Source of the DNA: Hylemonella sp.
Lineage (GTDB): Bacteria; Pseudomonadota; Gammaproteobacteria; Burkholderiales; Burkholderiaceae_C
DNA length: 64,000 bases
Reading direction: 5' to 3'
Assembly: GCF_027532185.1 (NCBI RefSeq)
Contig: NZ_JAPZSV010000011.1
Location: 3,402-67,401, forward strand
The notes below the pieces were generated by a model. That model was given only the letters and a program-made list of their open reading frames with translations, ran no database searches and was not told the origin of the DNA. A program made the translations under genes and the position numbers. How positions within the stretch are numbered: position 1 is the stretch's first letter; each line of letters begins with the position of its first letter. Positions 59,195-64,000 of this stretch are shown here, piece after piece.

Positions 59195-60445
59195 TCAATT
59201 CACCAGCACGGCCCCCGAAGTCTTGTGGCTGGCCGTGTCCACCAGGATCAGCGAACCCAGGGCCCGCGCGCGGGCAAAAGGCAGGGCCACCAGGGCTTCC
59301 TGCAGGGCCAGTTCGACGTGGCCGATGGCATTGGGCTCGAGTTGCTGGGCCTCTTCCTCCGCCAGGGTGTGGATGTTGAGGCGGTGCACGATGCGCTTGA
59401 CTTTGGCCTTGACCCAGCGGTGGCCATGCAGGGCCCAGTAGACCCGGCCGGCCACCAGGGGCTCGTCATCCATCCAGGCAACGGTGACGGCCAGCTCGCG
59501 GCGGGCTTCGCCGTGGGCCGGCGCGAGCAGCCAGTCGCCACGCGAGACGTCGACTTCGCGGTCCAGCACGATGCCCGCGCTGTGGCCGGCGGCCACCTCG
59601 CCCGGCTGACGCACGTGGTCCAGCACCTGGGCCACGGTGGCGGTCTGGCCGCTGGGGAAGACCTTCACGATGTCGCCCGCCTTGACGCTGCCTGCGGCCA
59701 CCCGGCCCCACAAGACGCGGCGACCTTGCGAGGTGTCGCTGGAGGAGGAGAACTTCTCCACCCATTGCACCGGGAAGGCCAGGGGCAGCTCGGTGTCGGC
59801 CTCGGTCGTGGGCAGGGCTTCGAGGATCTGCAGCAGTGTGGGGCCGTAGTAGCCGCACCAGCCGGCCTGGGCCTGGTCCACCACGTTCCAGCCCTGCAGG
59901 GCCGAGACCGGCACGGTGGCCTGCACGGCCAGGCCGGCGCTGGCGGCAAAGGCTTGCAGTGCATCGCGGATGTGCTTGAAGGCCAGGGCCGCGTCGGCTA
60001 CGGCGTCGAGCTTGTTGACGGCAAAGACGATGGAGGGCACACGCAGCAGCTGCAGCAGCAGGCTGTGGCGGCGCGTCTGCGGCAGCAGGGTGAGGGCCGG
60101 GTTCTGCCAGTCGAGCTTGGTGGCGTCGACCAGCACCACGGCGGCATCGGCGCTGGAGGCGGCCGTGACCATATTGCGCGTGTACTGCTCATGGCCTGGC
60201 GCGTCGCCGATGATGAACTTGCGCGTCTCGGTGCTGAAGTAGCGGTAGGCCACGTCGATGGTGATGCCCTGTTCGCGCTCGGCGGAGAGGCCGTCGGTCA
60301 GCAGGGCCAGGTCGGTCTGGCCCTGGCGCTGCACGCCGGCCAGGTGGTCCTGCAGCACGGCACGGGTGTCGACCAGCAGGCGACCGATCAGGGTGCTCTT
60401 GCCGTCGTCAACCGAGCCGCAGGTGATGAATTTCAAAGCGTCCAT
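59195..60445 (-). CDS. cysN: Sulfate adenylyltransferase subunit 1 (GTPase), without a fused APS kinase domain
   Basis: 416 aa with G1 motif GSVDDGKST and G3 DAPGHEQY. Immediately follows cysD. Confidence 0.9.
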   Translation of the reverse strand: MDALKFITCGSVDDGKSTLIGRLLVDTRAVLQDHLAGVQRQGQTDLALLTDGLSAEREQGITIDVAYRYFSTETRKFIIGDAPGHEQYTRNMVTAASSADAAVVLVDATKLDWQNPALTLLPQTRRHSLLLQLLRVPSIVFAVNKLDAVADAALAFKHIRDALQAFAASAGLAVQATVPVSALQGWNVVDQAQAGWCGYYGPTLLQILEALPTTEADTELPLAFPVQWVEKFSSSSDTSQGRRVLWGRVAAGSVKAGDIVKVFPSGQTATVAQVLDHVRQPGEVAAGHSAGIVLDREVDVSRGDWLLAPAHGEARRELAVTVAWMDDEPLVAGRVYWALHGHRWVKAKVKRIVHRLNIHTLAEEEAQQLEPNAIGHVELALQEALVALPFARARALGSLILVDTASHKTSGAVLVN

Positions 60446-61390
60446 TCAGAAATACCCGTCCTTCTTGCGCTTCTCCATGGAAGCATCACTGGTCTGGTCG
60501 TCCATGCGCGTCGCGCCGCGCTCGCTGACCTCGGCGGCCAGGGTCTCGATCACGATCTCGGCGGCCGTGGCGGCCGTACTGGCCACGGGGCAGGTGCAGG
60601 TGATGTCACCCACGGTGCGGAAACGCACGTCGCGGATCACCACCTCTTCGCCCGGGCGCGGCGGCGTGAGCTCGGTCACCGGCGCCAGCATGCCGCGGCG
60701 GTCCACCACCTCGCGTTTGTGGGTGTAGTAGATCGAGGGCAGGGCGATGGCCTCGCGCTCGATGTACTGCCAGACGTCCAGCTCCGTCCAGTTGGAGATC
60801 GGGAACACACGGAAGTGCTCGCCTGGGGCCAGGCGCGTGTTGAACAGGGTCCAGAGCTCGGGGCGCTGGGCCTTGGGTTGCCACTGGCCGAAGCTGTCGC
60901 GGTGGGAGAAGATGCGCTCCTTGGCGCGGGCCTTCTCTTCATCACGGCGCGCGCCGCCGATCAGGGCGTCGAAGCGGAATTCCTCGATGGCCTCGAGCAG
61001 CGTCACCGACTGGTGCACGTTGCGGCTCTCACCCGGGTGGGCCAGTCGCACGGTGCCGCGCTTCATGGAGTCTTCGACGCTGCGCACGATGAGCTCCGCG
61101 CCGAGTTCCTTGGCGCGCTGGTCACGGAAATCGGTCACTTCGGGGAAGTTGTGGCCGGTGTCGATCATCAGCAGCGGGTAGGGCAGGCGGCCGGCGCCAA
61201 AGGCCTTCTCGGCGCACTTGAGCATGACCAGCGAGTCCTTGCCGCCCGAGAACAGCAGCGCCGGGCGCTCGAAGGTGGCCGCTACCTCACGCAGGATGAA
61301 GATGGTTTCTTCCTCGAGCGCGTCGAGGTGGGCGTTGCTGAGCTGATGCACCGGTTGGTCCAGGAGGTCGTGTTGGGTACGGGCGTTCAT
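60446..61390 (-). CDS. cysD: Sulfate adenylyltransferase subunit 2
   Basis: LLFSGGKDS PP-loop motif and full-length CysD-like sequence. The start is set at MNARTQHD. Confidence 0.94.
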   Translation of the reverse strand: MNARTQHDLLDQPVHQLSNAHLDALEEETIFILREVAATFERPALLFSGGKDSLVMLKCAEKAFGAGRLPYPLLMIDTGHNFPEVTDFRDQRAKELGAELIVRSVEDSMKRGTVRLAHPGESRNVHQSVTLLEAIEEFRFDALIGGARRDEEKARAKERIFSHRDSFGQWQPKAQRPELWTLFNTRLAPGEHFRVFPISNWTELDVWQYIEREAIALPSIYYTHKREVVDRRGMLAPVTELTPPRPGEEVVIRDVRFRTVGDITCTCPVASTAATAAEIVIETLAAEVSERGATRMDDQTSDASMEKRKKDGYF

Positions 61391-61410
61391 GGGGCTCTCT
61401 TCAATAGGCC

Positions 61411-62031
61411 TCAATGGGCGAGATGCAGGCCGCATTCGCGCTGCGCTTCGCCCTTGGTCGGGTCCACGTAGTCGAAGTTGTTGGGCAGGCCGTGGATCTC
61501 GCAGTACTGGTACAGGTCCTTGGACGACCAGTGCAGCAGCGGGGCGACCTTGATCAGGCCGTCGGGGTTGATGCTCACGGGCTCCATCTGGGCACGCACT
61601 GCGCTGTCCGTGGCGCGCAGCGCAGTGAACCAGACCCTGGGGGCGGTCTCGCGCAGGGCGCGCGCGAAGGGCTCAAGCTTGACCTCTTCGGTGAAGGCGG
61701 CGTGACGCGGGTCGTCGAGCGCGGGCACCGGGCCGTCCACGGCCTCGCGGTGGGCGCGCGAGCGCAGCGGCAGGTAGATCTTCAGGTTCAGGCCGAGTTG
61801 CTTCGTGACTTCGTCGGCGTAGCGGTAGGTCGCCTCGGTGTTGTAGCCGTTGTCCATCCAGACCACGGGTACCTCGGGCTGCACCCGCGTGACCAGGTGG
61901 AGGATCACGGCCTCGAAGGGCCGGAAATTGGTGGTGACGATGGCTTTCTGGCCCAGGCCCAGTGCCCACTTCACCAGCGCGGGCGCATCGCGGCCGAGTT
62001 CGGCGTTGATCTTCGCGAGATCGATGCTCAT
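61411..62031 (-). CDS. cysH: Phosphoadenosine phosphosulfate (PAPS/APS) reductase family protein
   Basis: 206 aa ending in the C-terminal ECGLH motif. It has only two Cys in total, so the CC...CxxC Fe-S signature of bacterial APS reductases is absent. Confidence 0.82.
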   Translation of the reverse strand: MSIDLAKINAELGRDAPALVKWALGLGQKAIVTTNFRPFEAVILHLVTRVQPEVPVVWMDNGYNTEATYRYADEVTKQLGLNLKIYLPLRSRAHREAVDGPVPALDDPRHAAFTEEVKLEPFARALRETAPRVWFTALRATDSAVRAQMEPVSINPDGLIKVAPLLHWSSKDLYQYCEIHGLPNNFDYVDPTKGEAQRECGLHLAH

Positions 62032-62411
62032 GCGGTCTCCCTGACGAAACGCGGGCGGGCCTGCACGGCGTCGCCCTGGTAGTAGCTCTTGAAACGCTCC
62101 AGCTGGCGCTGGGCGACGGCCAAGTCCTGGTCAGCGCGCAGCACGGCCTCACTGAAACCGTTGCGAGCCAGCAGGGGCAGCTGGTCCACCAGCACGTCGC
62201 CGGTGGCACGGATTTCGCCGCGGAAACCCAGGCGGCGGCGCAGCAGGAAGGCCTGGCTGTGGGCGCGCCCGTCGGTGAAGGCGGGGAAATGCAGGTCGAT
62301 GCGCGCCACGCCGTCCAGCGTCAGGCGGCGAGGGTCGGCGTCGTTCGCCAAGGCGAGCACGTCCAGGCTCTGGGGCTCGGTTGTGGCGGTGTCGGCGTGG
62401 ATCAGTTTCAT
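62028..62411 (-). CDS. DUF934 domain protein (sulfite-reductase-associated)
   Basis: 127 aa from MKLIHAD, with the FTDGRAHSQAFLLRRRLGFRGEIRATGDV block typical of DUF934. Sits between cysI and cysH and overlaps the cysH start. Confidence 0.8.
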   Translation of the reverse strand: MKLIHADTATTEPQSLDVLALANDADPRRLTLDGVARIDLHFPAFTDGRAHSQAFLLRRRLGFRGEIRATGDVLVDQLPLLARNGFSEAVLRADQDLAVAQRQLERFKSYYQGDAVQARPRFVRETA

Positions 62412-62424
62412 CACATGCACTCCT

Positions 62425-64000
62425 TCAGGCACTGGTGGCTTCGGCATGGCCGGTTTCGTGCCGGGCCTGGTTGCCGGCCTGCTTGAACGTGTCGTGGCCC
62501 ACACGGCGCAGCGTGTCGATGAAGAGTTCGCCGGCCTGGCGCTGCGCGCAGTAGGTGTCGATCAGGGCCTCGATCACGTCGGGCACCTCGTTGGAGGAGA
62601 AGGACGGGCCGATGACCTTGCCGGGCACGGGCGCACCCGACAGGGTCTTGCCGTCGGAGCCGCCCAGCGTGACCTGGTACCACTCCTTGCCGTCCTTGTC
62701 CACGCCCAGGATGCCGATGTGGCCGCTGTGGTGGTGACCGCAGGAGTTGATGCAGCCGCTGATGTGCAGGTCGATCTCGCCGATGTCGTGCAGCTCGTCC
62801 AGGTCCTGGTAGCGCGCGGTGATGGCTTCGGCCAGGGGCAGCGAGCGGGCGTTGGCCAGATCGCAGAAGTCGCCGCCGGGGCAGGCGATCATGTCGGTCA
62901 GCAGGCCGATGTTGGGCTTGGCCAGGCCCAGATGACGTGCTTCGCGCCAGAGCTCGGCCAGCTGGTCGCAGCGCACCCAGGGCAGCACGAGGTTCTGCTG
63001 GTGCGTCACGCGCACCTCGCCGCCGCTGTAGCGCTCGGCCAGCTGGGCCACGGCGTCGAGCTGGGCCGCGGTGGCATCGCCCGGCGACTGGCCCAGGCGC
63101 TTGAAAGAGAGCGTCACGGCGCGCAGGTCGGGGTTCTTGTGCGCGTGCACATTGCGCTGCAACCAGCGGCCGAACTCGATGTCGTCCTCGGCCGCGGCGC
63201 GCAGGATCTGGGCAATCTTGGCATCCGCGCTCTTGCGGTCGCAGGTCAGCGTGGGCGGCGCGAAATGCGCGCTGACACGCTCGAACTCGGCGGCCGTGAT
63301 GGTATGCGGCGCGCCATCGACCTCGACGATCTGGCGGTACTCCTCTTCCACCTCGTCGATGTAGCGCTGGCCCTCGGCCTTGACCAGAATCTTGATGCGG
63401 GCCTTGTACTTGTTGTCGCGGCGACCCCAGCGGTTGTAGACGCGCACCGCAGCCTCGACATAGTTGAGGATCTGGTCGCAGGGCAGGAACTCGCGGATCA
63501 CGGTGGCGATCACCGGCGTGCGACCCATGCCGCCGCCCACCAGTACCTTGAAGCCCAGCGTGCCTTCGTCATTGCGCAGCAGTTGCAGGCCGATGTCGTG
63601 CCAGGCGATGGCGGCGCGGTCTTCCCTGGCGCCGGTGATGGCGATCTTGAACTTGCGCGGCAGGAAGGCGAACTCGGGGTGCAGCGTGCTCCACTGGCGC
63701 AGGATCTCGGCGAAGGGGCGCGGATCGGCCACCTCGTCCACGGCGATGCCGGCCAGCGCGTCGCTGGTGATGTTGCGGATGCAGTTGCCGCTGGTCTGGA
63801 TGCCGTGCATGTTCACGCTGGCCAGCAGGTCCATGACGTCGGCGCTCTTGTCCAGCGGAATCCAGTTGAACTGCACGTTCTGGCGCGTCGTGAAATGCGC
63901 ATAGCCCGTGGTCAGTCGGCTGCCGATGGCCTTGCCGTCACGCAGCTGGATGTCGCCCAGCTTGTTCTGTGCGGCGATGGCGCCCTGGAAGACCTCGTTC
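62425..64000 (-). CDS. cysI: Sulfite reductase hemoprotein (nitrite/sulfite reductase 4Fe-4S/siroheme family), N-terminus outside the window
   Basis: The frame stays open to the window edge (…GYAHFTTRQNVQFNWIPL…). Siroheme/Fe-S Cys cluster (CPGGDFC...SGCINSCGHH). Confidence 0.9.
   Translation of the reverse strand, partial: NEVFQGAIAAQNKLGDIQLRDGKAIGSRLTTGYAHFTTRQNVQFNWIPLDKSADVMDLLASVNMHGIQTSGNCIRNITSDALAGIAVDEVADPRPFAEILRQWSTLHPEFAFLPRKFKIAITGAREDRAAIAWHDIGLQLLRNDEGTLGFKVLVGGGMGRTPVIATVIREFLPCDQILNYVEAAVRVYNRWGRRDNKYKARIKILVKAEGQRYIDEVEEEYRQIVEVDGAPHTITAAEFERVSAHFAPPTLTCDRKSADAKIAQILRAAAEDDIEFGRWLQRNVHAHKNPDLRAVTLSFKRLGQSPGDATAAQLDAVAQLAERYSGGEVRVTHQQNLVLPWVRCDQLAELWREARHLGLAKPNIGLLTDMIACPGGDFCDLANARSLPLAEAITARYQDLDELHDIGEIDLHISGCINSCGHHHSGHIGILGVDKDGKEWYQVTLGGSDGKTLSGAPVPGKVIGPSFSSNEVPDVIEALIDTYCAQRQAGELFIDTLRRVGHDTFKQAGNQARHETGHAEATSA

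Overview
This is high-GC bacterial chromosomal DNA. Gene content and order (smc-zipA-ligA, dapC-dapD-...-dapE-prmB, map-glnD, tolB-pal-cpoB, cysI-DUF934-cysH-cysD-cysN) suggest a betaproteobacterium of the Burkholderiales, possibly Comamonadaceae; that assignment is inference. The window is mostly core genome: about 60 tightly packed CDS, three tRNAs, and no transposase, integrase, CRISPR array or rRNA. All calls come from reading the ORF translations and DNA by eye; no searches were run.

Contents:
- a long translationally coupled string running purD-acyltransferase-hemF-nadD-rsfS-rlmH-maf-rng into an LPS core/lipid A export cluster (glycosyltransferases, an O-antigen-ligase-like protein, two orphans, a deacetylase, msbA)
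- tol-pal, a tRNA islet, the dap operon, purL, a thiamine locus and a sulfate-assimilation operon

Most notable observations:
1. A complete THI-box (TPP riboswitch) lies on the minus strand just 3' of thiD and points antisense into it. The thiOSGE operon it would normally precede is about 1 kb further downstream.
2. A HerA/FtsK-like DUF853 ATPase is translationally coupled to a protein with a C-terminal TIR-like (CAP12/COG4271-type) domain. This is a candidate NTPase-plus-effector module.
3. A roughly 95-nt structured intergenic repeat family has three full copies and one partial copy, with compensatory base changes in its main hairpin.
4. A stand-alone MHYT sensor sits next to a PilZ/YcgR-type c-di-GMP receptor.
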